Shown here: positions 15,611-26,300 of the stretch, piece by piece
Numbering within the stretch: position 1 is the stretch's first letter
Layout of the letters: every line of letters begins with the position of its first letter
Assembly (NCBI RefSeq): GCF_018398935.1
Contig: NZ_CP074694.1
Span: 1,260,001 to 1,292,000, forward strand
Direction of reading: 5' to 3'
DNA length: 32,000 nucleotides
Origin: Telmatocola sphagniphila
Lineage (GTDB): Bacteria > Planctomycetota > Planctomycetia > Gemmatales > Gemmataceae
Notes under the pieces: model-generated
Database searches by the model: none
Seen by the model: the letters and a program-made list of their open reading frames with translations, nothing else
What the model was told of the DNA's origin: nothing
Made by a program: the position numbers and the translations under genes

Positions 15611-16596
15611 GTTGCAAGCGATTCGCGTAGTCGTTCGAGCCCTTCTGCAGTGGAAATCATCGGAGAGTAGCCAAAATCGCGCTTCGCGGCCGAGATATCG
15701 AACCAATGCGCGGTTGACAAGTTGCGAGCCACGAACCGAGTCATTGGCGGCTCGCCTAGGATGGGGAACAATCGATAGAGGCCCTCCATCATCCACCCGA
15801 TCGAGTACGCCACGGAAGTAGGGATTCGTCGAGTTACTGGCGGAACGTTGTAAATGGCCAAAATTTGATTGATGAAATCCCACAGTTTGACCGGTTCGCC
15901 CTGGGATAAAAAGTAAGCTTTACCCGCCTGAGGTGATGCGGAAGCAAGGGACTCGCCCGCCAGGATGTGAGCCAAAGCGGCGTTTTCCACAAAGATGACA
16001 TCGACTTTATTATTGCCGGACCCGATACACGCAAGTTTTCCTTTCCGGGCTCGGGTAACGATCCTCGGTATCAGATGAGGATCTCCAGGCCCCCAGATGA
16101 GATGCGGTCGCAAAGCGACCGTACTCAAATCACCGTAGTTGGCGGCGAGTACTTCCTGCTCGGCGATTGCTTTCGTCTCGGCATAAGGGGCTTCGAAGCG
16201 ACGCGGATAAGGAATGCTTTCATTAACCTCTTCTAAATCTCCCCCGGGATAAACCACACTGGGCGTACTCGTATAGACCAGTCGGCGGACTTGATTCTTC
16301 CGACAAGCCGACAGAACATGTCGTGTTCCAATAACGTTCGCGGAAAAATAATCGCGATAGGAGCCCCAAATGCCCGCTTTGGCCGCCACGTGATAGATGA
16401 CATCGCAGCCATGGCCTGCCCGTTCGATTGCTTCGGGATCCACAAGATCTCCGAGACAGATCTCTACGGAAGGGGATTGAATATGACCAGAGTTAGTACG
16501 AGAAAATGAACGAACGTGATAGCCGCGATCAATTAAAAGCCGAACGATCGAGCGACCCAAAAAGCCTCCCCCGCCGGTAACCAGAGCCGTCTTCAT
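15598..16596 (-). CDS. oleD: OleD, NAD(P)H-dependent 2-alkyl-3-ketoalkanoate reductase (3-beta-HSD/SDR family)
   Basis: 332 aa. Rossmann motif VTGGGGFLGRSIV and YAETK (YxxxK). Its ATG overlaps the oleC stop (ATGA at 16593-16596). It is the last gene of the oleABCD order. Confidence 0.85.
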   Translation of the reverse strand: MKTALVTGGGGFLGRSIVRLLIDRGYHVRSFSRTNSGHIQSPSVEICLGDLVDPEAIERAGHGCDVIYHVAAKAGIWGSYRDYFSANVIGTRHVLSACRKNQVRRLVYTSTPSVVYPGGDLEEVNESIPYPRRFEAPYAETKAIAEQEVLAANYGDLSTVALRPHLIWGPGDPHLIPRIVTRARKGKLACIGSGNNKVDVIFVENAALAHILAGESLASASPQAGKAYFLSQGEPVKLWDFINQILAIYNVPPVTRRIPTSVAYSIGWMMEGLYRLFPILGEPPMTRFVARNLSTAHWFDISAAKRDFGYSPMISTAEGLERLRESLATHPS

Positions 16597-18338
16597 GCCG
16601 GGGTCTCTCGGCTTCTCAATTCGTCAAAAGTGGGAGGCAGTGCAACATCTTCCGTTAACGGTTGAGGATGAAATTTTCGCCTTTGAAGTCTTTGGGTGGC
16701 CCACAGGGCCAATTTTTCGCGAAAAATCTTTGCATTGTGCCGGATATCGACTGGAAATTTCGGATGAATTAAAATCGCTTGGATTGCGCGAGTGTGCGGC
16801 TGCTGTTTGGCCAGGTGAAAAAGCTCTCCCACAATATCCGGGCCGTGTGTGGTGTAGTCTTTTTCCAGCTCAATACATAGGATGGGATACTTTTTCCCAT
16901 CAAAAGTTACCCCCACCAGAGCACTTCGAAATACCATCGGATGCGAATTGAAAATGGCTTCCGTGGGAATGGAAAAGAGCGTTCCTCGTTCAGTCTCCAC
17001 GCGGTGCGATTTTCGTCCGCAGAACCAAAGCCGCCCCTCCGAATCGAGATAGCCGAGATCTCCCATACGGTGACGATTTCGCCCGGTTTGAGGGTCCAAG
17101 ATTTTAGATAGTTTGTTAGCTTCTTCGTGAGCGTAATACGCTTGCGTCACGACCGGACCATGCACGACGATTTCGCCGATCCTCGAGACCGGAAGTGAGA
17201 GCCCATCCTGCCAATTGCTAATAGCCGCATCGCTGATTGCAATAATTTTGACGTCCATATCCGAAACTGGTTGGCCAATACAGGTGCCACAGCCACGTTC
17301 GGAATATTGCCGAGTTTCCTTCAATAACGTACGGCTGCAAACCGTGGCCACCGGTAGCGATTCCGTGGCTCCATACGGCGTGTGGATGTAAGCTTTCTCC
17401 GGAAGTTTGCTTTGCAGCCTCTCAATGACCTTGATCGGCACAGGAGCTCCAGCCGAGGTCACACGTTTCAGAGACCGGAGCGATTCCGACTGCAACTGAT
17501 CATATCGAGCCAAGCGGTTGAGAAGAGCCGGTGAACCGAATAGATTGGTAACGCCAAAATTCTCTATTGCTTCAACGATCTTCTTGGGATCGACATTCGC
17601 CGGACGGGTAGGATTCATGTCCGGTATGATGGCCGTCATGCCCAGTGCAGGGCCGAACAGAGCGAACAATGGAAAAGTTGCCAGATCGACCTCACCATGA
17701 CTGATGCCGTACATCTTCTGGAGAATTTCGACCTGTTTCTCAAAGATGTGATGGGTATAGATTGCTCCCTTGGCCGGTCCCGTACTTCCACTAGTGAATA
17801 GGATCGCAGCTAGATCATTGGGGTGAGTGAGGGCGCATTTATAATCACCGGAGCTTTTTCTGCGAAGGCAATCCAGGTTGTGCTCGGCTAGCCAGCGTTG
17901 TTTGCGGGTACAGACGGTAGTTCGAATCGTAGTGCGCGACCAGCCAAAAAGCTTTCGCGCCAGATGGGCCTTCGGAACCCCGATGAAGGCCTCAGGCTTG
18001 GCTTGAGCCAGACACCGGCCCAGGTTTCGAATCCCCATACCCGGATCAATCAGAACGAGTACCGCGCCCACTTTGAAAAGTGCGAAGGTGGTCGCGAAAA
18101 AATCGAGCGACGGCTGAACCATCAGGACCGTTCGAGTTCCCCGCCGGATGCCGATAGATTCGAATCCGGAAGCCAGCCGATTACTGTCTTCGTGCAACTG
18201 CTGAAACGTCAAATGGGTGTAAGAGACTCTGTTATCTTCATCTCGAGACTGCGGGAACACCACGGCCATGCGATGCGGTTCCTGGTTTGCCAGAACCTCC
18301 AGGTGTCGGGCGACATTGCATGGAATTTGGACAATCAT
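16593..18338 (-). CDS. oleC: OleC, AMP-dependent beta-lactone synthetase (ANL superfamily)
   Basis: 581 aa. AMP-binding signature LFTSGSTGPAKGAIYTH and a later GDLGYLD motif. Positioned between oleB and oleD. Confidence 0.87.
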   Translation of the reverse strand: MIVQIPCNVARHLEVLANQEPHRMAVVFPQSRDEDNRVSYTHLTFQQLHEDSNRLASGFESIGIRRGTRTVLMVQPSLDFFATTFALFKVGAVLVLIDPGMGIRNLGRCLAQAKPEAFIGVPKAHLARKLFGWSRTTIRTTVCTRKQRWLAEHNLDCLRRKSSGDYKCALTHPNDLAAILFTSGSTGPAKGAIYTHHIFEKQVEILQKMYGISHGEVDLATFPLFALFGPALGMTAIIPDMNPTRPANVDPKKIVEAIENFGVTNLFGSPALLNRLARYDQLQSESLRSLKRVTSAGAPVPIKVIERLQSKLPEKAYIHTPYGATESLPVATVCSRTLLKETRQYSERGCGTCIGQPVSDMDVKIIAISDAAISNWQDGLSLPVSRIGEIVVHGPVVTQAYYAHEEANKLSKILDPQTGRNRHRMGDLGYLDSEGRLWFCGRKSHRVETERGTLFSIPTEAIFNSHPMVFRSALVGVTFDGKKYPILCIELEKDYTTHGPDIVGELFHLAKQQPHTRAIQAILIHPKFPVDIRHNAKIFREKLALWATQRLQRRKFHPQPLTEDVALPPTFDELRSRETPA

Positions 18339-18344
18339 GTTGGT

Positions 18345-19229
18345 TTAAAGTGGGTGCTGATCGAGAAATCGAGGTATGGATTCTAACAGTTCCGAGCGGG
18401 CATCCTCGAGGATATAGTGGCCGCAATCTGGAAATTCCTGATATTCCGCAGCGGGGAATCGTTTTTTCCATTCCGTCAGGAAGTGATGATCGAAAACGAA
18501 GTCTTTCATTCCCCAACCGACAAACATGGGACGGTCGGTTAGTGTTGGAAGAATCGATTCAACCGATTCAACTAAATCATAGCCCGGATCGCCAGGCTTC
18601 AATGGAATGGTCTGCACGAAACGGGCGATCGCTATTCGATCAGCCGGAGAATCGTACGGAGCCAGCAACCCCTCCCGCACGGCAGGCGCTAACGGTTTTC
18701 GCTTCGTTCCGATACGAGCGGCCTGAAGGCAAAACATATTGCCATATCGGATCAGCAATTCGCCGAGGCGAGTCTGCCGTCCTAATTTCAAAGCCAACGG
18801 CAATTTTTTGGAAGCCGGTAATCGAAATGCGGCCGTATTTAAAACGACGAACCGTCGGAACCATTCGGGATGTCGAGCAACGACACCGAAGCCGATCATC
18901 CCACCCCAGTCATGGACAACCAGAGTGATTTTTTCGCTGAGATTTAAGCTCTGAAGCAGGGCTTCCAGATCGTCGATTCGCTCCTTAAGCGAGTAGCCGT
19001 AAGAGGCTGCAGACGGTTTATCGGAGAAGCCGCAACCGATGTGATCGGGTACAATACAGCGATATCGGTCGCGTAGCTTCAGAACCAGATCGCGATAGTA
19101 AAAGGACCAGGTAGGATTTCCGTGAACCATCAGCACGGGAGCGCCCGTGCCCTCATCGAGGTAATGGAGGCGAAGGGCGTTTCGTGAAAGATAGTGACTG
19201 GCGAAAGGGTACAGTTGCCGATCTACCAC
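18345..19229 (-). CDS. oleB: OleB, alpha/beta-hydrolase beta-lactone decarboxylase (haloalkane-dehalogenase-like)
   Basis: HGNPTWSFYYR oxyanion motif, nucleophile VVHDWGG, and C-terminal CGHYILED. The start is assigned to GTG 19229-19227, which overlaps the oleA stop (GTGGTAG). The track ORF start at 19451 would lie 229 nt inside oleA. Confidence 0.82.
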   Translation of the reverse strand: MVDRQLYPFASHYLSRNALRLHYLDEGTGAPVLMVHGNPTWSFYYRDLVLKLRDRYRCIVPDHIGCGFSDKPSAASYGYSLKERIDDLEALLQSLNLSEKITLVVHDWGGMIGFGVVARHPEWFRRFVVLNTAAFRLPASKKLPLALKLGRQTRLGELLIRYGNMFCLQAARIGTKRKPLAPAVREGLLAPYDSPADRIAIARFVQTIPLKPGDPGYDLVESVESILPTLTDRPMFVGWGMKDFVFDHHFLTEWKKRFPAAEYQEFPDCGHYILEDARSELLESIPRFLDQHPL

Positions 19230-20338
19230 TTCAACCCCAACATCATGCAGTTCAAGCCGCTGCCAATACCCAGGAAGCCAACTTTGTTGCCGGGTTGCAG
19301 AAAATTGCTTTCCTCGGCCAGGGCGGCAGTCAGAGGAAGCGATACCGTTCCGATATTGCCGAGGAACTGGTAGGTGCTGAAATCCTTTTGGAGTGGGATA
19401 TTCAGAGTTTTCATGATCGCTTCGCGATGCCCGGAACCGACCTGATGGCAAATGACTTTATCGAGATTCTCGCCGGCCCAACCGATTTTGTGCAAAAATG
19501 CCAGCCAGGTGCGCAACCCGAGTTCGACGCCGAATTTAAGAACGGCCCCCGCATCGGTTGCCATGAAGGGAATCACGCAGTGTTTCATCCCGAAGGTATA
19601 ACCTGAGCGCATCCACTGTGGGGCTTCGTGAAGCATGAAACGATCGAGGGATTCCGGTACGAAACTCTCCCAGCCCCATTGACAAAGGCTGTGATGCTTG
19701 GCTTCGTGTTTGGACACACCGCCTAAAAGCTGCCGACGATGATTGGTGGAAAGTTCCTCGTTCACCACCAGTACGGCAACCGCTCCCGAACCGCCCGTCA
19801 GGGTGGCCAAAGCTTGTTTGTAAACTTCGATCGACTTGGTCTCGAGCATTTTGTCGATCATTGCTTCGTTAATGTCTCGCGCGGTTTCGCAAGAGACAAC
19901 CAGCCCAGCCCGGCATTGCCCGAGCTCAATGCGATTGGCAATTTCGATGATGCCGTTCAGAACGCCCAGACAAGCATTACTGAGATCGAAAACGGTGGCG
20001 TCCGGATTCAGATTCAGCTTGGAAGCAACCCTGCAAGCGGTAGCCGGTTCCAACTGTTCTCGGCATACACCCGCATAGATCAGCACGTCGATGTCTTGGG
20101 GACTGAATCCCGAGTTGGCGAGCGCTTTTTTGGCAGCAGCGGCGGCGCCATCAGAAGGGGGGTAGTCCTTATCCCACCAGCGTCTTTCCGTAATACCCGT
20201 TAGGGCTTCCAGCTGACCTAAAGGGAAGTGTAGGGCTTTGTATAGCGGTTCTAGACGGGCTTCTAGATCAGACGAAGAAACGACCACCGGAGCCAGTTCG
20301 TACCCGATGGATTCAATAAAAACGCGGTTGTATTTCAT
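19223..20338 (-). CDS. oleA: OleA, FabH-like thiolase catalysing non-decarboxylative head-to-head Claisen condensation
   Basis: 371 aa. KAS-III-like fold with active-site DLSNAC(123)LG and the VCREQLEPAT segment. It lies directly upstream of oleBCD. Confidence 0.87.
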   Translation of the reverse strand: MKYNRVFIESIGYELAPVVVSSSDLEARLEPLYKALHFPLGQLEALTGITERRWWDKDYPPSDGAAAAAKKALANSGFSPQDIDVLIYAGVCREQLEPATACRVASKLNLNPDATVFDLSNACLGVLNGIIEIANRIELGQCRAGLVVSCETARDINEAMIDKMLETKSIEVYKQALATLTGGSGAVAVLVVNEELSTNHRRQLLGGVSKHEAKHHSLCQWGWESFVPESLDRFMLHEAPQWMRSGYTFGMKHCVIPFMATDAGAVLKFGVELGLRTWLAFLHKIGWAGENLDKVICHQVGSGHREAIMKTLNIPLQKDFSTYQFLGNIGTVSLPLTAALAEESNFLQPGNKVGFLGIGSGLNCMMLGLKW

Positions 20339-20383
20339 CGCATCTCTTTAGCGGGGATCCTTCTCCAGCCTAAATATAGACTA

Positions 20384-23300
20384 TTATTCTTGGACGGAGA
20401 AATCCTTCATTTCGTAAATAATTCTTCCATCGATCATCAGGTAGCCATCGGCCCAAATTAAGCGATTTTCAGAATCGACCTTTCTGGGATGAACCTGAAC
20501 GGTAACCGTTCCATGCTCGGGGAGGACCTGACCCCGATACGTCCATTGGTGCTTCTGATGCAAAGCCATTGCCTGCCAGCTTTTAGTTCTAGGTTCTCCC
20601 AGAATTTTTGCCGCGAAAAACTTCAGTAATTGTAGGAATGCTTCCAACCCCAGCGAGCCCGGCCAGACCGGATCCTGATGGAAGTGTGCTTTAAAGAACC
20701 AAAATTCCGGATCTACCGCGATACGGCCTTCCACAAAGCCCAGTCCGTACGGCCCGTCTTTCCCACTGAAAAAACAAATCTCGTCGATCATTCGGAGCAT
20801 CGAACCCGGGTAAGGCGGGTCCAGCGGTAACCGGCCCTGCCACTCGGAAACCTCGCTCCCCTTCGGACGGTACCATCCGGCAGCGGGCATCCCCAGTTGA
20901 TTCTTCAACGCTTCTTTGGTGAAGAAGCCAAAATACGTATCACCCGAATAAATTAAAGTCCCGCTCGCAGTCATCTGGTATTCATAATTTTGGATGATCA
21001 TACCAGCCGACTGTGAAACCTTGCTGATTTTGACGCGTGTCGTCAAGGTTCCGGTATCGGGATGGATTTCCGCGTGCTGGATCCCGCTTCCGCCGAGATT
21101 CCGGAATGAGAGATCGATCGGGCTGGTCAGAGCCGAGCCGAGATAAGCTGCCAGCCAGCCGCAGGGTTGCAACGCCACCTCCAACAGGACGCTGAATGGC
21201 ATCCTATCGCATCGATTCTCCAAAAAATACCACGCATCGCGAGGAACATCGTACTCGGCTTCAATGATTCCGCCGGCCTTCAGCTTCCAGGGTTCGCAAT
21301 TTTGAATTTCGGTGATGCGGTCCAAAAACTGGTATGGCGGACCGGGCAGCCGAGCGATTATCCTCTCAGAATCGAACACTTCGTAGGGTTTACCAAATGC
21401 TTCGGAGGGTTTGCCAATTGCAAACGCCGTGATCGAGTCCGCATCAAAAAGCGCGATCTTGGGAGAGCTTCGATCTGAGCCCGAATTCCAAATGGCCACG
21501 AGCTTTTCATAGGAACTACCCGACATGCGCAGCGACATATTGGTAATTTCCACGATGGGTTTGCCATCGGCATACATCAAGGCATCGCAAAGCACGTAGG
21601 GTTCCGGTCGGTATCCAACCTCCTTAAGCGTCACTTCGTACAAGACGACTTTCGTACTTGCTAGAACCTGGCCCCGGCACTTCAAACGGCTAGCCACTCC
21701 CGGTACCGGCTCGCATACAACTTCACCTTCTTCACCGACCCAGCCCATCCGCATAAGGAGAACGCGGAGAGTATGCAAACAGCACTCATACATCAGAGTG
21801 CCGGGCATAACCTGATCGTCCACGAAATGGCAGGTGATGAACCAGTCATCGGGGTGAATATCCATTTCTCCACGAATGCAACCCAAACCGAATCGGCCGC
21901 CGGTAGGTTCGATGGAGATGATGCGATCAACCAGTTTGAGTTGGCCACCGGGTAAAGCGGAAGGACGCCTCAAATTCGCTTTATCAAAAGGGCTGCCGAA
22001 GGCTTCGGCCAGTTGGCCGCGACGTAAAGAGTCTATTTTGTCAGCCGGTAACGATCCGGTCGTCAGTGGTACGAAGATATAAGGTTGAGCCGGTATTTTA
22101 CCCGTTTGCGGCCGTCGATCCAATTCGGTATGGATGATCCCTTTCCCGGCTTCGAGCTCCGCTATCGTGAAGAAGCCCGCACAACCCTCCGTCATCGTGA
22201 GCAAAATCTCGCCATTCACCGACCCCACGAAGCGGAACCTGAATAAATAAGTTTCCCCCTGTCGGAAAAATCGATCTATAGCGATGTCGTAGTGGATAGT
22301 TTCACCAATCCCGGGCAGAGCCCGATGAAAGGTAACGACCGCATCCAAAAGCCGATAAACGGCCAGACCTTTTGTTTTAAAATCGATTCCCAAAAAGCCG
22401 GATAAGAACAGGTCAGCCTGCCCCGCTTCCACGGCCACGCAGGTGGGTATTCGATTCGAATCTAAATACCATCGCCCCTCATACACATCGTGCTCGGTGA
22501 CGACACGGCCATTCGTCAGAGACAGTGGCTCCCCTTCGATTTCAAGAATCCGGTCAACCAGCATCAACGGGCCTTCCGGCAATCGGACGCGAGTGGGATA
22601 ACTGTCGATCTCTGAATAACGGCTCCCCAACACATTACCGATTCGTCCTACAGCAAATTCCGTGCACTGTGCGAAATTCAGGGAACGAGGAACTTTATCG
22701 GAGAGTGTCTCGGATAAAGATGACGCATCGTAGAACGTTTGCTCGGAGAGTTGAAACGAGCCGCTTCCCAGCAAACTCGTTTGAAACTCCAGTAACCGCG
22801 TCATGTTTTGAAATGTCGCATTGCTGATTTTCAGAAAATGATCGTGGGCGCGAACCGATTCTTGCAGAACTTGAATCTGCCGACCGACATAGTTCGTGGT
22901 TTCCTGGAAGCTCGGTAAAGGAACATGGGCTGGATGTTCCAATCTGGGAGAGGCGGGTCTTGGTTGCGCAACAGATACCTCGGACTTGGGCGTACTAAAG
23001 TTCTGTTTAGCCGGATGAACCTGAGTAGCTGTTGGGAACGCTTTAGGTTTTTTGAATTCCCCAGGTAGGGAAAGCATCTTTTTGGTGCGATTGAGTTTCG
23101 GTGGAATTATCTTCGCGGCCAAAACATTCCAGTTGATTTCCACTCCATCCACAAACATGGCGGCCAGAGTTCGAACGAGTGAAATCCGATTGTCGCGGCG
23201 GGGATGGCAGATCGCCCGAGCTAGATGCGGCCGTTCGCCCAAAATGCTCGCGATCATTCGAGTGCAAGAGTTGCCGGGTCCGATCTCGATGAAAATGCGA

Positions 23301-26300
23301 GCTCCATCTTCATAGGCCCGCTCGATCACACGGGGAAAATCGAGTGTGTTTAGGACGCCGGCTGTAATAGTATCGGCGGCACTCTCCGAACTGACCTCGT
23401 AAGCCTGACCCCAGGCGGTACTGTAATATTGACAATTCTCGCGAGGGTGGACGGGGAGATGATGGAGTGTCCAGTAAGGTTCTTCAATGGGGCGAGTCAC
23501 TTCGCAGTGGGCCGTGGTAACTCCCGTGACTGGAAGCGCGGTCACCTTCAAACGATGGAGGAGTTTGGCCACATCGCTGGCAACGCCGCCAATGACTGAC
23601 TGTTCGGGAGTATTGATGATACAAATGTAGACCCGCTCGTCGGGTAGAATGGCCTGCCGAACTTTGTCGTGCGGCAGGTTTACCACCCAGGTTTCCCAGA
23701 CGAATTCCTGCTCGAGAGGGATATTCCAGAATCGCCGTGCGGAGTTGTAGGGTGGCGCCAAATCGCTGGTGAAAAGGGTCGAAACGCGCATTCGTTCGAA
23801 CATTTCATCGCGATCTGTCCAGACTCGCGTGGAGAACAAGCTTGCGGATTCTCCCAGACTGTACCCCAGTACAATTTCGGGCTTGATTCCCAGGCTTTCG
23901 ATCACCGAAGTGTTCAAGGCCCCCAGGGAGACTTGGGCAAAAATCAAATCTCGTTCAGATGCCTGATTGCAATGCCCCTGCCAGACCGCATCGGCGGCGA
24001 ACTGGTGGCGAAGAGTCCGATTTTCCAAGTGCTGTTGGTGCAATATTTCGGGGAATAAGGTTCCAAAATCGGCCCCCATGCCATCGAACTGATTCCCCGA
24101 GCCGGGATAAACGAAAGCCACCTTCCCCTGGAACCCAATGGGATCGGAATTGAAAAATACGTTATCCTTGTAAAGGGCAGCCGCTTGCGGACTATTGGGT
24201 ACGGAATCGTTTGAAAAAGCCCGCTGAATGAATTCCAGTTGCGATTTCAGTTCTTCAACGGAAGATGCGCACAAAGCCAGTCGAAATAAAGAGGAAGTGT
24301 GTGTATTTAATAAAGAAATTTGCTCTTTAAAAACCTCGGCCAGGGAAGGCAGGGCAAAGAGTTTTGCCTGAAGCGAGTGGATCGATTTCGTTAACTCCTC
24401 CAGACGATCCGCAGCGAGTACGATCGGGTACTCTTTCAATTCGTCGAGAGTTCCCTTCCCAGTGGCGGCTTCTCTCAGCACAATCTTTGATGTAGCTAGT
24501 TGCTCGCCACCGGTATAGACATTCAGTTCTCGTATGCCGTCGCAAGTATCGTGAAGCCAGTAAGTCGGTTGCTCGGAAGGAGAGAAAGTCGCTGGAAGCA
24601 GTTTGTAATAGAGACTTAGAACTCCGGTTAATACCCCAAAGAGCGTCGTATTCACACCCTCATCTGACTTCGGATGCAGAGATTGCTTATTTGAGACGGC
24701 CTGAGAGAGATCGTCGCGATTCTTGGGAATCCCGAGATTATAATCGAGTCGTAAGTTCGACTGAAGCGAGGTGGCCTGCGAAATTCCGATCTCATCGATC
24801 GTGGCATAGATCGTATCTCCATCCCGATGCGCATCGCTCAGTCGTTTCAAGACAAAAGCGACACTTCCGGAAACGATCGGAGATGAGGTTCCTATTGCAG
24901 CCAGAGCACGAAAGTCCCCCGGTAGATCGACGGATCCTACCAAAGCACGATCGATTTCACCTCGAAGCAACGCTTCCACAGCCAACTGCAGCGCTCGTCC
25001 TCCGGAGTTCGCTTCTTCACTCAGCGTGAAACAGGGACCCCCGAACTCAAATGCCCGTGCCACACGGCTGGCGGCGATACTGGCTAAAGCTCCCATCGTT
25101 CGATTGGCGGTCAGATCGGGACTGATGGAATCGGGATTGGGATGACCTAGCGAGAGCGCTTGCCAGCGAAGATGAAAATTGGTGGTGTTCAGATCGAGAT
25201 TTACACCAATGAACGTGCCGAATCGAGGATCTGGGATTCGTTTAAAAGCCTCAGATTTCGAATAATTCTTTAGAGCGGCATCCGCTGTCAGTAACAAAAC
25301 GATCTGTTGCGGCAGAGTCTCCTGCAACTCGGTAGGAGGAATGCGGAATCGATCCACGGGAAAGTCGATTTTCTCCAACCAGTATCCCGCGTGCTTTTCC
25401 TTAATCGTCGAGGGGATCGACTCGAAACCGAGGAGATGTCGGGCGATCCGGCGCATGCAATCTGTCTCGCCGATCTGGGCGGCCAAGCCAACAATCGCAA
25501 TAGGTTCTCTTTTCGTAGGCGGAACTTGGTCGACCGAAACCAATTTTTTATCCGGCCGGTATTCTTCGACCAGCAAGTGAGCATTGACGCCTCCGAATCC
25601 GAATCCGCTAATAGCCGCCCGTCGAGGATGACCGGCAGCCGGTTCGTTCCAGTTGCGAGCTTCGGTCAAAACCTGGAAGGGCGAACCCGATTTTAAATTG
25701 GGATTCGACTTTTCGAAATTGGCCGTCGGCGGCAATTTGGCTGAGTGCAAAGCCAGAAGGGCTTTCATCAAACCAGCCGAATTTGCACCGGTCAGCAAGT
25801 GGCCGACGTTCGATTTCACACTTCCGATAACCGCCTGTCCCGGCTGAAATTCCTGTCCTTTCCACAGTTCGCAAAGGCTCTCGAATTCGACGGCATCTCC
25901 CACGGGAGTTCCTGTGGCGTGACACTCGATCAAGTCCACGCTATTCGGGCTCCAACGCGCCATCTCATAGGCCGGTCGCATCGCGCGTAATTGACCTTCG
26001 CTGGCGGGAGCGAGGAGATTTCCGGAGATATCATTCGAAAGCGATACACCCCGAATGACTCCGTAAACGTGATCGCGTGGATCCACATTCCTCAGCAATT
26101 TCAGCAGAAATGCTCCACCCCCTTCACCAACAATCAAGCCATCCGATTTGTAATCGAAGGGAGAGCAACGGCCGCTCTTGGAAAGCGCTCTTAGTTGAGC
26201 AAAGCCCATTTGAGTGTATAGTGAGTCAGGCCGCGACAGGCCGCCGGCGATCATCGCATCAGCCGAGCCGTTTTGCAATTGATCGCAGGCTAACTTAATC

